A stretch of 64,000 nt of DNA, from positions 1-64,000 of the forward strand of contig JAAILG010000025.1 of NCBI GenBank assembly GCA_012026655.1, in the 5' to 3' direction. The notes under the pieces are model-generated. The model saw only the letters and a list, made by a program, of their open reading frames with translations. It was not told the DNA's origin and did no database searches. The stretch comes from Hydrolagus affinis (lineage: Eukaryota). Position 1 is the stretch's first letter, and every line of letters starts with the position of its first letter. Shown here one piece after another: positions 13,491 to 25,700 of this stretch. The position numbers and the translations under genes were made by a program.

Positions 13491-15558
13491 TCAAATAGAT
13501 GTTGCACACTGGTTTGTTTGTTCTGTGATTGCCAGTTCAAAAGTTTTGCTTCTTAGATGTAGCAAAGCCATTCTATATAAAATAGATAATTGGAGTCTCT
13601 TTCTGAATTTTTCAGATGGGAACCAAAGCCAAAGCTGCCACATAATATGGTACTTTCTTAGATATTTTGCTATCTGTGCATTTCTATAAATTCTAATTGC
13701 CTTTCAACAAGGGCTGACATGAATCTTGCCTATTCGTGCAAGAAGAGGAGCAATGCCTAACCGTTTCTTCCAAAGACAGTGATTTCCCTCCGCTTATTAT
13801 AGCATACTAGTCTTGGATTGTCATGATCATTGAAGCATAGTGAAAAATGCAGGGATCAAAACTGATACGCATCTCGAAAATCTGACAACGTTTTATTGAG
13901 TAGGTGCTACTTTTCTAATAAATTAAAAAGGGCACAAATCACTTGCTCCATCTGGTCTTTGCCCCCCCTCCCTCCCACATCATCCTCCCATGTATAGACA
14001 ACTAAAGAGCCCTTTGGAGTAAGTCATTTTTTACCATGCGCATAGCAAAATATCTGCAAACCTGTCAGGTGCCCTGCATTTTTGCAACGAGCTTTGAATA
14101 ACGTGGTTTTTTATTCGGAAAATAAAGATCACACATTCACAAGGTTTTTAAGTTGATCTCGCTACGTTTTCTAATTCATAAATCTCACATGAGGTATTTA
14201 CCTTATGTTGGTGTCAGCTCTCTGTTAAGGTGGGGATAGCCTCTTGCGATGACTGATTGAAGGTGAACTGCACTATGATGGATTTATGTCTTGCTACTGA
14301 AGTTCTGCACTGCTGCTGTTCTGAGCTTGATTTCTTTTGAAATATCATCCCTCATCAGTCCTGCTCCAGGATATTTGGTTACTTGTCCTCGACCCTATTG
14401 TTCGTATGGTACTTTACGCAGCGCTTCTCAGGACTGAATAAAAGAGAGTTTGTTATCTTGTCGAAGCCTGCGATGTCTGCCCCTGGGTTGCTGCAAATCT
14501 TCTTTGAGTTTCTCAGCAACAGGAACTTGCTCTGTATTGCATTTATTGTACTGTTCGTTGGCGAGCTGCCTTGGTTAGGCAGCAATGCAGAATAGTCAAT
14601 ATCCCAGACAGTACTTTTGTCTCAACCTAACATGTTCCACAGTGTTTTGTTTCCGTTTCATCCATTCTTTTACGGGTTTTGATTTTGACCATATTTTGCC
14701 AATGAATTTCGAGGATTCCACACAGCAATTGGCCATTAAAGCTTCCGACTTTATTTTCCATGGTCTGTCACACACTGTCACACACTGCACCTAATATGTT
14801 TCCTACGCACGGGTTCTCTTGTTAGACATTTTGGTATAATTAATTGTTTAATCACTAAGCTGCTTTGTGCAATTATCTGATCTTTTCGACTTTTGGTTAA
14901 TTATTTGGAACATGAGTTGACAGTGACCGAATGCATTTGCAACTCATCCAATTTTCACAGCTTGCCCTTTCGCACCCCCCAGCTCTCTTCCACTCCGAGC
15001 CACTGAAAATGGCTGTGCCTTTCGTTCCCCAGATAGATGTCTTTGTACGGCATGAGCTATCACTATACTATTAGTTACCTACACTTCAGTAGTCTTCATC
15101 TCAATTATTTTAATATGAAATGCACCTGATCCAAGTTGTTCAGCCTTTTTACTGAACTGTTGTAATATTCTCTGGAGTCCGCACTTGAAATTTTATTGGC
15201 CACTACTCTGCAAAATACTCATAATTCTGTTTACCATTAAAATGATGGGCAATCTAGTTCTTTTTGGGGGGTTTGTATGCATACAGTGGTCATTAGATTC
15301 ATGTATTGATGAGTTTGCATCAGATCCTGTTTTCAACATTGATATAACACTGGGGAATTCCTAACAGCTGTGTACATCTGGGCCTGGTGGTGCATTGCTT
15401 TAGAGTACTAATGCTCAGTGTTGTGGAGAGAGTGGGGAAATTGATATAAAGATGAGGTTTCAAAGAAAGAAAACAAGTGCAGAAAGAACGAGAGCACACA
15501 ATTTTTAAAATATATAATGTAATACAGTACAATCATTTCATTTGAATTAATTCAAGTT

Positions 15559-15635
15559 GTGCTTTTCACGTCTTCTAGACACCTCAACGCGCTTCACAGA
15601 ATATACTGTAAAGTGAATTGACTGTATATTTGTGG
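15559..15635 (-). mobile_element. Family A SINE fragment
   Basis: gcttttcacgtcttctagac..cacagaatatactgtaaagtgaattgactgtatatttgtgg. Confidence 0.88.
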
Positions 15636-16286
15636 TCGGGCTGCTTTAATATAATATTCATGATCTTAATTAAGCCTTCATTACACCTGAGAAGCATGCC
15701 TTATGCATTGCTCCATACCTACAAAATCCTTAACTGCTTCCATCACGAGTTCAGGCATGTAGTGCAGGTGCTGGTCAAGAGAATGTGTTTGGTACAATGC
15801 TCACATTTACAGGCTGAAGCAGCCAAGGATATACATCACCAGGTGTTCAGAGCAGAGCTGGAAGATTGCCAGGGAAAATGAGACCTTTTATACACTAAAT
15901 AAAATTATCTGTCAAAACAAGATGCTTTCAGTGTTTGTCAAAAGGGGAATTACGGTGATTTAGCCTTTGGGGGAAACGATTAATAAGTAGTGCGGAACAT
16001 GCATCGTTTAATGATCCTGCATTTTAACTATTGTATGATGCTCTCCAATGCTTGTGTGAGTTTTTAAAATGATCAATACCGTCTTGTGTCGAAGCACGCT
16101 TGCATACGCATATTTACTACAGCTGTGCGCAGGGGAGTTCATATAGCAAAACTACTAAATTATTTCCCTTTGGGGTTTGGGGTTTTTCTCCATTTTCAGG
16201 ACAGTGGCTAGTTGCAAATTGTGTTTAGAATCTGCTTCTTACGGTAACTGTACATGTAAAGTCCATTGAAACTCAATGAAGAGATT

Positions 16287-16618
16287 TAATAATAATAATA
16301 ATCCTTGCATTGATATACAGTAGCACTTTTCACTTCTTCTAGACGTCTCAAAGCGCTTCAAAGAATATACTGTGAAGTGAATTGACTGTATATTTGTGGG
16401 CGAAACGCGGCAGCCAATTGCGCACAGCAGTGTCCCCACAAACAGTCTTGGATTGAAAGTACCAATTTATTAGAGTTTTTATTTTTGAGGTGTTATTATT
16501 AGGCGTGTCTGTGGAGTAAGGAAACCTGCCCAAAACGTTTGCCCTGACCTGCCTGGATTTGAACACAGATCTCACGCTTGTAAGGCGAGTGCTCTAACCA
16601 TTGAGCTATAGGACTCCA
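16287..16618 (-). mobile_element. Family A tRNA-SINE, full length (about 330 bp)
   Basis: The minus strand begins ggagtcctatagctcaatggttagagcactcgccttacaagcgtgaga, has a B box (gttcaaatcc) and ends caaggattattatt. Confidence 0.95.
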
Positions 16619-17483
16619 GTATTGGCATTTCAATCGTTTATAGATTTTTTTTGCTGCTGTAGAAATTTCCATAATTCAACTCTCTTATTTTATTCCCCTA
16701 AATGCTCACATTTTTTTCCTCTACGGTAAGAGGAGATAGTTACTGGAATCTGTGAGCCACTTCACTGTTTACCTACTGCTGATCAAAGGTAACTTGAGAA
16801 CTGGCATCTAGTAAAAAGGTGACCTACTGCGACCTGAAAAGGGAGCGTAGCCGAACTTCTTGAGGGATAAATCCCACTTGCCGGACTGCCCTGAACATTT
16901 CCCAATGCCAGTACCTTCTATTCCTCCATCCGTGAAATTCATTATGAACATATTTGTGTGTATTTGGCAGGTTACATTGACAACTGAAGTTAATCCTGTT
17001 TTCATTCACATAGACTTTATAGCAGGGATCACTTAAACAGTGAAGTATGAGGACACTGTATGATGAAAGTTGTCTGATTTTTCCCTCCTTAACACAGAGC
17101 ACAAAAAACCAATTGTGGTGCCTCTATATTGATGGATAAGCATATGCATATTCCTTGTTTATGTTTTTGTTTATCTTGCTGTTAAACCTTTTTTCATACA
17201 ATAATTTTAAAATATTATAAAAACAAAGCTGATGAAAAAATGTTCTCACTTGACTAAATTGTGAGAACAATTATATTTCGCTGTTGAGGAAGTCCTGATA
17301 TTTTGTGAGTGACACGAACCCATCTCTATGGCCATTGTTTATTTACCTCCAAATAGCTTTCAATTTGTTTTGGGTGTTCACTGTTCCTATTGTTATGTTC
17401 CGGGAGATGTTTTGTTTAATGTATATAATAGCAGGTTGTGAGTATTCTCCTTTCCTGGAGCTACTGACTCAACCTGGGTACCT

Positions 17484-17803
17484 TTCCACAGGATAATTAA
17501 CAACTGGAATAGGTTACCAGCAAGAGTAGTTGAAGGAAGAGTAGTTGAATTGGCTGCCGCATTTTGCCCATGGATATACAGTCGATTCACTTTACAGTAT
17601 ATTCTGTGAAGCGCTTTGAGACGTCTAAAAGACGGGAAAAGCGCTACATCAAATGCAAGGATTATTAATATTATTATTCTTGAAGCCACAACACTGGACT
17701 CATTGATATAGCAGTTTGATTCTGTGGTGGGAGAGTAGGTATTCTGGAGGGATGAGATCAGATGGGCTGAAAGGCTTTCTTCATCCAGTGACAGTATAAT
17801 GTT
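17484..17803 (+). mobile_element. CR1 LINE 3' fossil, interrupted by a family A SINE
   Basis: ttccacaggataattaacaactggaataggttaccagcaagagtagttgaagg translates to FHRIINNWNRLPARVVEG (CR1 ORF2 end). The CR1-like 3'UTR motif gatgggctgaaaggctttcttc appears after the SINE. Confidence 0.7.
17548..17678 (+). mobile_element. Family A SINE 3' fragment
   Basis: aattggctgccgc...gaagcgctttgagacgtc..aaagcgctacatcaaatgcaaggattatt. Confidence 0.92.
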
Positions 17804-18612
17804 GCCTTAGACTAACGACTGCGTTGCCTGATTGTCACTCATGAATTTTTATTTTGCTAATTGAAAAAATTTGCGACACTGTGGTTTTAAGCATAGAGTT
17901 CCCTTTCTAATTAGCATTCTGACAGCGTGCAAGTTCCCAGTGTTTGTCAGGGTCCATTCACGGAATGAAAATGATTTCTGCAGCTTATCTCACCTTTGTG
18001 CCGGTGCTAACTGGAATTAATGAGTGTGCCTTTGTGAACTGTTCATAGCTCACATTTAGGTCAGCATCTCAAATAACAAAGTCATCAAATGCTGTAGCAT
18101 TGATCCTGCTGGCTGTGCTGCTTGCTTGTCAATATACGTTTCAAATCGAGCATCTTGTGACTAGTCAGTAAAAATCAAAACTAAGGTCAGTTTCCTTGTT
18201 TCCCTCAGTTTGTTTTTGTTCAGCTGGTGTATGGAGCGATTCTATTACAAATGTTTGAGTTTAGCCAACGCAATGGTCCTCAACAAACCATGTTTAACGG
18301 AGAGTTTTCATATCAGTTAGGCTTTATTCACAAGTACCTTTACAATCAAGTTGATTAGTCCTGAGGGCTGAGTGTCTGTTGGCTTCTCAACCTTGGCAGG
18401 TCCACAAAAATTATGTCTATCAACTATAGGTTTCCTTGGGGGAAAAAAAACTGTTCATCTTATCTCTAATACAGTACTATTTACTATTTTCACTTGCTCT
18501 TAATACAACGTAAACTTCTAATTGGAAATTTAGCTATATATTGTGCGATTTCCTTTTTCCCCCCACCTTAATTTTTTTGTAAACCTCAACGTACGCCTGC
18601 TTTTATCACCAC

Positions 18613-18660
18613 AAAGCAGAAGAACTATTGCCTTTGATTTTAAAGCAGAAGACTATTGCC
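18613..18660. repeat. Short direct duplication
   Basis: aaagcagaagaactattgcc ... aaagcagaagactattgcc. Confidence 0.85.
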
Positions 18661-18992
18661 ACTGACAGTCCTAAGGCTGCCTGTCATCATTCACTTGCCT
18701 CGGCTGAATTAGTTGTGTCAGTTTTCAGTCTAGCTAAAGGATGAAGCACTGGAGGGAAAAGAGAGGTGTTCCCCTTCAGGAGAGAAGCTGTCCTAACCCT
18801 GCTTAAATCTGGTTTCCTGCTGGCCAGCCGCACAGGGGATTTGCAGTGGAGATGTTCACAAAACTGTTTGAAAGTCAGAGGTAAAAGTGTCACGGAACTG
18901 CTGGATTCCAAATGTTTTGAGTTTATCCACTACAGTATTCAAAGGCACTCTGCAACAGGCATTGGTGTCAAACCAGGGGGGAGGTTTCCTTC

Positions 18993-19140
18993 ATAATAAT
19001 AATAATCCTTACATCTGATGTAATGCCTTATCTCGTTGTCAAAATGTCTCAAAGCATTTTAAAGGGTTTTTACTGAAAAGTGTTGTGACTATGTATTTTG
19101 TGGGTGAATACAGCTGGCAATGTGTATACAGCAAACAGCC
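18993..19140 (-). mobile_element. Old family A-related SINE 3' fragment
   Basis: ataataatccttacatctgatgtaatgccttatc..atgtctcaaagca..ttgtgggtgaa. Confidence 0.8.
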
Positions 19141-19394
19141 TAGAGACTGTGATCATGAGGTGGGAGGATGGGCTGCTGAATAATCCCTTTACAAATATAG
19201 TTCACAATGGCTTTCCAAATATTTCTGTAAAATCTCAGCTGGGAAATATAAAGCTGCAGTCAGATGGCAGTTCGCAACTGTGCAAAGTAATTCCGTGTTG
19301 AATAGTTGTGTGTGAAAGTACCTGCTGAGAACTATAAAAATATGCTGTTTTTACTGGCATCACTGAAGTAAGTCAGAGGTGCTACAAAAAAAAC

Positions 19395-19446
19395 CAACAA
19401 CAAAATTACATTTGTATTGTGCCTTTCACGTCAGAAGGACGTCCTA
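19395..19446 (-). mobile_element. L2 3' tail
   Basis: caacaacaaaattacatttgtattgtgcctttcacgtcagaaggacgtcc. Confidence 0.8.
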
Positions 19447-21992
19447 TTCAGGACATTTAAAAATATGTTAAGTGTTTGTCAACCCTCATGGTTTTTTTTT
19501 ACCTGTTGCAGGAGTAACTGATTCGCTGATGAATTTCTTTAACCCCCAGCTAAAAGACTGTTGCTGTAACGAAGGTGTGTGGGAGTCAGGCTACATAAGT
19601 GTTTGGTAGCCTGTAAAAACCTGTGTTAAAACTGGTACTATTGAAATGTTGAGTACATACAATGGGTGCTCGCCTGTTAAACGCCTGCTTCAATGTTCAC
19701 ACAATGAACATGTGGAAATGGTAAGGTTTTTAACCAGGTGTGTGTTTATTCACAACTTAGCAGCATGTACAGCATGTAAAGTATTGTTCATTTTCTTTCA
19801 GTAAGCAGCAGCCAGGCTACACATTTGGCTTGAATATCCATGTGCTAAGAGGATAAAAATTAACTAAGGTATCTGCTCATCGTGGCTGTCTAGTCACTGC
19901 ACTTCAGTGTATAATTCATTTTATGAAGATCCTTTGAGAATGTTATTGTTTTAAGGTGCCATGTCACATGCAATATTTTTTGAAATCATTAATAACAATA
20001 ATAATATTAATAATAATGTAATGAAAATCCTAATCACTGGTTCACTAGATGGGAGTATAACTTTTTGGTTCATTTTTATTTTCAATAGGAAATATGCTGC
20101 ATTCAGATATTGTGCTCTGCAGAAACATAATGTTGTTAGAGCAAAGCATAGTGCAAATTAAAAATATGTGAGAAAGAGAATTCTCTGCTGGTGACAGTCA
20201 CTGAAAATGAAAGAAGGTTGTTCTGTCAGACTAGATTTATCATTGTATGTACTGTCTGAGGGAAGGCTATGATGATTTTTTGTTACTGATTTATTGCTAC
20301 TGCCTGCTCCGAACCAAAAAGAAAGCTCATGAACAGGACCTTAATTAATAATTAACATCACCGGCAATTCGAGAGCAAAGAACATTTTGAAGTTATTTCC
20401 TTGCTTGAGTGATAGGATTGTGGTTTCTCAGTATTTGATTTCTTTGAGTGGTTGTGATATCCAGAGTGAGATACAGACTCACATTAACTGTGATCATTGC
20501 TCTGATGTTCAAAATCAATATTCTCTATGATTTCCCACTTCTCGTTATTCTCAAATTCATTTGTACTCGTTCAGTCATTTTTCAGTGAGAACAATTTGAC
20601 CTCTTCCTCTCCAAAATTATTGTCTTGACTCCTACAGTGCCTTCATTGAGTAAAATATGCCACTAAGACCACATTCAATAGCAAAACATGGATGTTGTCA
20701 ATGCCAGCATTGAAAACCATCTTGAGTGATGAAATATATTTGGAAAGGGATTCACTCTGAATCAACAAAGCAAAATCCTTCACTTAAAGGGTGAATTCTG
20801 CTTTGTTATCTTTCAAAGTTGGTTTCAGCTTCAGCTTGAACGTCATTCTGATTGCTTCGAACACATGGACTTATTCCCCTTGCTTGCAGAACCTGAAATG
20901 CAAGCTTTTTGCAGCTCTGTCCTGCAGCTTTTATAGTCTGCTGCCAGATTGTTTTAGCCTTGTTAAAAAGTATAATCCTACTCCCACTTTTCCACGCTAT
21001 CGTTGACATCACTGTAGATCTCACGGCTTCCAGCAATAGCTGACCCATTGTTTTTGTAGTGCATTGCCCAGTTCAAGGAAGGATTATTTCCTTTCTTTGG
21101 CTCCAAGGAACAGAAGCTGCTGGTTGGCGATGGGGAAGAAGAGAGTCTGTCAGTGAAGCGGTTTGAAGAAAACTACAATTTGACCAACACACATTTTTTT
21201 CAATAACGTGCTGACTGTTTAATTCAGTTCGCCCCACAAGTTCACGTAAATTTATTGTTTCTGTTACACATTGATATTTAGTTATCATGTATAATACATA
21301 TCTCAGAATGGTACTTGATGTGTTTAAGGGACGATATTACAGTGCAAAGATTCTGTGTCTGTCACGCCAGTATTGCAAAGTTTTTTTTGTTGCATTTTAT
21401 TGGTGTATTTGTCGCTGGAATCGCTTGGTTTTCTTCAAATTCATTGACCAGTCCCCAGGATACAAAGCTCCAGGGCTGGTTTGCAGTTGTGGTTTGGAAA
21501 TGATTATGGGTAGATTGTCAGAAAATGTGGAATTATCTTCAGTTAACAGTTAAATAATATTTTAATGAGGGTTGAATAACATTTTGCATCAGCATGACAT
21601 TCTTTTGTTCACATTGCTTTATAGACTGTTTCGGACTGAGTTCAGGGAAGTAAAGATAAATGGGGCACTTCTGTATCACTGATGAGAAGAGGGGATATGG
21701 ATAGCAGATGGTGCTGAAGAAGGTTTGGCAGAAGATTGATTAGCTTGTGACAATGAAAGATGCTGTTAAAATAAGAGTGAGAAAGGCACAAAGTCCATAT
21801 AAACCAGTTCATGTTCTTGGCCCACTTCTTTTTACAATTTATTGCTGCAGTTTTGTTCGTTATTAACTTGATAGGTAATTAATTAAAAATAAAATTACTC
21901 GCCTTTTCTTAACATTCATCAACCAAATTGCTAAATGAAGTGCCCATATGATTATAAAGTCAAATTAAAATATAATTCCATGACATTGATCC

Positions 21993-22115
21993 AATAATAA
22001 TAAATATATAATAATCCTTTCATTTGGTATAGTGCCTTATCACGTCTTCTAGATGTCTCAAAGTGCGTAACAGAATATACTGTAAAGTGAATTGACTGTA
22101 TATTTGTGGGTGAAA
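21993..22115 (-). mobile_element. Family A SINE 3' fragment
   Basis: ataatcctttcatttggtatagtgccttatcacgtcttctagatgtctcaaag..gaattgactgtatatttgtggg. Confidence 0.9.
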
Positions 22116-23288
22116 TATTAGCTATTAATATTAAAGCATGATCTCTGCATGTGAAAGTCCTAACGTATCTTGAAATATTCCTGAGCATCAGTGTTTATTA
22201 CTCAGAAGATGTTCTTTTGTGACTGCATTTACAGCAGCAAAAAAACTATTAAATTATTCTGATAATGAAACACTGGTACAGCAGTGCTTTATGTCTCTTC
22301 TCTCTGATATAAATGCCAAAACCTTTTTATTCTTCTCTAATGGCTCATAACTTTGTCTGGCTGCATATGAATGCCAGCAACAACTGGAGGTCTGCTATTG
22401 TTGTGTCACACAGTGTTATGCGAAGCTTAAAGAGACACTGCCTTAGGTTAAAAAGAGCTCCATCCCACATGGTCTTAACGGACTTTGCCTTAAATCGATG
22501 AATTGGCAACTCAGTTCCACAAGCAATAAAGAGCTTTGATTAGCTCTTGGGGTTAAAAAACATCTTGGGGTTTGAAACAAAGCAAGTAGATCAAACTCAC
22601 CTCACCTGTTACGTGAACCTCACTGGTTCATTTCTGAACTGCAAGGTGAAGTGATGCAAAGACTTTTCTGGGAATAAAGAATGATGTCTTATCTTGTCAG
22701 ACCTACATTATGCCTTTTGCCAGAGCATTGATGGAGAAGCCAGCACAGCCTGTCCCAATTCTCTGGTTGAAGGAGATGATCTTAGCATCTCATCCCTTCC
22801 TTCCCTTGGTTACTTTTCCAGATTTCTACCACAAACCTGTTTAAATGATCAGTTTAAAGCAAAGTAACTATGAAAGTGCAGAGGAAGAGAACAATGACTT
22901 GTTTACATTCAGAGAGTTTAGTTTGCCTGTGGACCTTGGGCTAACTAATTAATTGACTGATATGCTGAGTGTATAGAACAAATGCATTTCATTTATTTGC
23001 TAATTTTCAAAGTGACAATAACTGTCAACAAAGGACTTTTGTTAAGGTTTCAAATCCATTTCTGTTACTTTGTAAGGTATTGAAAGAGGGAGAGTTAAGC
23101 TCAAACGTGGTGGCTTCCAGTCTAGCATTTCAGAAAGTGTTTCTGCAACACTTCCAGCTCAGAATGAACTTGTGTACAAAGCACAGGAAGCGACAACAAC
23201 TTGGATTTCTATAGCATCTTTTATGTGGGTATTGTCTCTACAGTAGCAGTGACCTGATAACCCTAAAGTTCCACTTTTTTGTGCTTTG

Positions 23289-23411
23289 TTTTGCCCCCAA
23301 AATATACAGTCAATTCACTTTACGGTACAATATATTCTGTGAAGTGCTTTGAGACGTCTCAAAGACGTGATGAGGCGCTATATGCCAAATGCAAGGATTA
23401 TTATTATTATT
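23289..23411 (+). mobile_element. Family A SINE 3' fragment
   Basis: aatatacagtcaattcacttt..gtgaagtgctttgagacgtc..caaatgcaaggattattatt. Confidence 0.9.
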
Positions 23412-24591
23412 TCAATGCAGAGTCTGAGATATTGGTCTCGGACGGTGGGTACTATAACAGGATTGCCCTGTACTACTGCCTTTTCTTACACAAGTTGAAT
23501 CTCCAGTTGGCCAAGAAACTAGGACCTCTTGATGTCTGTAAGAGTTTGCCATCTTCACACACCCACTCCTCTCCTCCCCCACCCCAAAAAAAACTTCTCT
23601 TGTAGGTGGGATGTGGACATTCTTTATTTCTGTGATCTAGTCGACAGACACTGCATTTCGTGTCCAAAATATTTTTGGCAACAGAATGAAGTTGTTCCGG
23701 TCAATGATACTCCTTAATCCATGTGCCAGAAGTTGCACATAGGCATTGTGTGGGGGAACTGCCTTCTCTATGGGATGCCTGCTTCTCACTAGTGCAACCC
23801 GCTTTGTTGGCGAAGCTGAGGGTTTGCACTGACAGAGAATGATCTTGTCAATGCTGTGGTCTAATTACAGTTTGTGTTAACACCTTTTCCACTTTCGTGC
23901 TTTTTTTTCTGGCGAGAGAGAGAGAAAAAAAGATCGACTTGCGCAGGGATTCTGCGACTCAAAGTTCACACACATTAGATGAGTAATTATCGAAGGAAAC
24001 AGAAGAGAATATTGAAAGTCCATTAAACCACAGTCGGTTATGTTTACTGTGGAATTTTTTATCATATCCCAGTCAGGTAGAGAAGAGATTAAATTCATGC
24101 ATTATTTTATGTAGAATGTTTAGAGCAATGTTGGATTTCATGATAGTTTTCCAGGAATGTAAATCATCAAACCGATGATCGAGAGTATATTTGACTGAGC
24201 TGGTAAAGGATCTCTGAAATTTGTGTGGATGTTAATAACTGAACATTTCTCAGCCAGAACAAGATGTGGGTGTGAAGAGTTTTTTAAAAAAAAATACCTG
24301 GAGGCTGCTGTCAGCTCCTAGATGGATGACTTCAAACTGGTTTAGATTCATAGATAAATGAAGTTTTATATTTGTAGTCTGTAATCTTATCCTTCTCATG
24401 CATGGAATCCTGTATACAGGCCAGCTTTTGATCATTTCCCTGCAGGAATAGTTATGTTGACTTTCATGTCATGTGATTTTTACAGTATATACAGTATATG
24501 TATTATATAGCATATATGTTAAACGCTCTGAAAGTCGCTGTTTGTTGTCTTGTGATTGATGGGCCATTGTGGCACCTAAGGTGTAATTCGT

Positions 24592-25056
24592 ATAATAATA
24601 ATCCTTACATTTGATGTTCAACAACAACAAAATTGCACTTATATTGCACCTTTCACGTCGGGAGGACGTCCCAAAGCGCTGAACAGTCAGGTCGGGACCT
24701 GAGCGGGGATGGGGAGGTGGGGGAGGGTCGGGGTAGGGGGAGAGGAAAGGAGAGTGGGAGAGAGGGAAGAGTTAGTGGGACAGCCGAAGGCGCGGTCGAA
24801 GACGAAGGTCATGAGACCGGCCTTGAAGGAGGAAAGGGAGGAAGCAAGGTGGAGGGGCTGCGGGATGGATTTCCACAGTGTGGGAGCAGAGCGGCTGAAA
24901 GCCCGGCTGGTTGGGTGGTTAGGGTGGTGGACGCGGAGCAGGCCTGAGTCTGCTGAACAGAGGGGACGGCAGGCTGATAGGGATATAGTGTCTTATCATG
25001 TCTTCCAGACTTCTCAAAGCACTTCACAGAATATACTGTAATGTGAATTTGACTAT
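24592..25056 (-). mobile_element. Family A SINE 3' fragment split by an L2 insertion (pieces at 24592-24615 and 24982-25056)
   Basis: ataataatccttacatttgat | L2 | gatatagtgtcttatcatgtc..cacagaatatactgt. The two pieces join into the consensus tail. Confidence 0.88.
24619..24975 (-). mobile_element. Relatively young L2 3' fragment (ORF2 end, 3'UTR and (TTG)n tail)
   Basis: (caa)n tail, terminal stem-loop and polypurine tract. The minus strand encodes an ORF2-end-like RAFSRSAPTLWKSIP..SFKAGL stretch. Many CpGs are retained. Confidence 0.92.
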
Positions 25057-25234
25057 TTTATACTTACATACAGCTTGCATTTACAAAGAAGTCAAATGTC
25101 ATAAAATGCCCAGCAATTTCTTTATTCATTTTAAAATCTAATCCCACAAGTTATTACTAATGAAATAATTCTTGTTATGTGTATATTTGTGACAGGGCTT
25201 CCTGATGAGTCTCTGGATTAATACATCCGCTTTA

Positions 25235-25700
25235 ATATATCCCAGAGCCATATAATAAAGATCCAAGTACAGTAGCTCTCCTGGAGTTAGCTGTTCTCCA
25301 CAGCAGTGATGGCAGCATTGCTACAACAAAGTGCCCTGGGCCAAAGGAGGAGCGGATAACAAATCAATAAGGGATTCCATCCTGATTGCTATTCAGTAAG
25401 TACTGCAGGATAGTTGCTTATGTGAGAAGATTGGAATCAAGAGAGAATTGGGCTTGGCTATGATATCACAATGTTTTGTGGGCAATATTGCCCTTAAAAT
25501 ACACAGCCAGTTCACTTTATAGTAATATCCCGTGATGCGCTTTGAGAAGCCTCCAATACGTGATAAAGTACTATATCAAATGCAAGGATTATTATGATTA
25601 TATCCGAATAATTGGATTCTTTGCCTACACTTTCTGAGGCAGCGTGAAGCAGTGCCTTCAGGAAAATATAAGTTTTTTTTACGAAGGGGAGGGAAATTCA
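25235..25700 (+). mobile_element. Family C ancient SINE-like repeat, interrupted by a family A SINE
   Basis: gagttagctgttctc..gctacaa..gccctgggc..cctgattgctattcagt..gggcttggctatgat..gtgccttcagga is colinear with 31640-32045. Confidence 0.55.
25488..25601 (+). mobile_element. Family A SINE 3' fragment
   Basis: gttcactttatagt..gcgctttgaga..gtgataaagtactatatcaaatgcaaggattatt. Confidence 0.88.
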
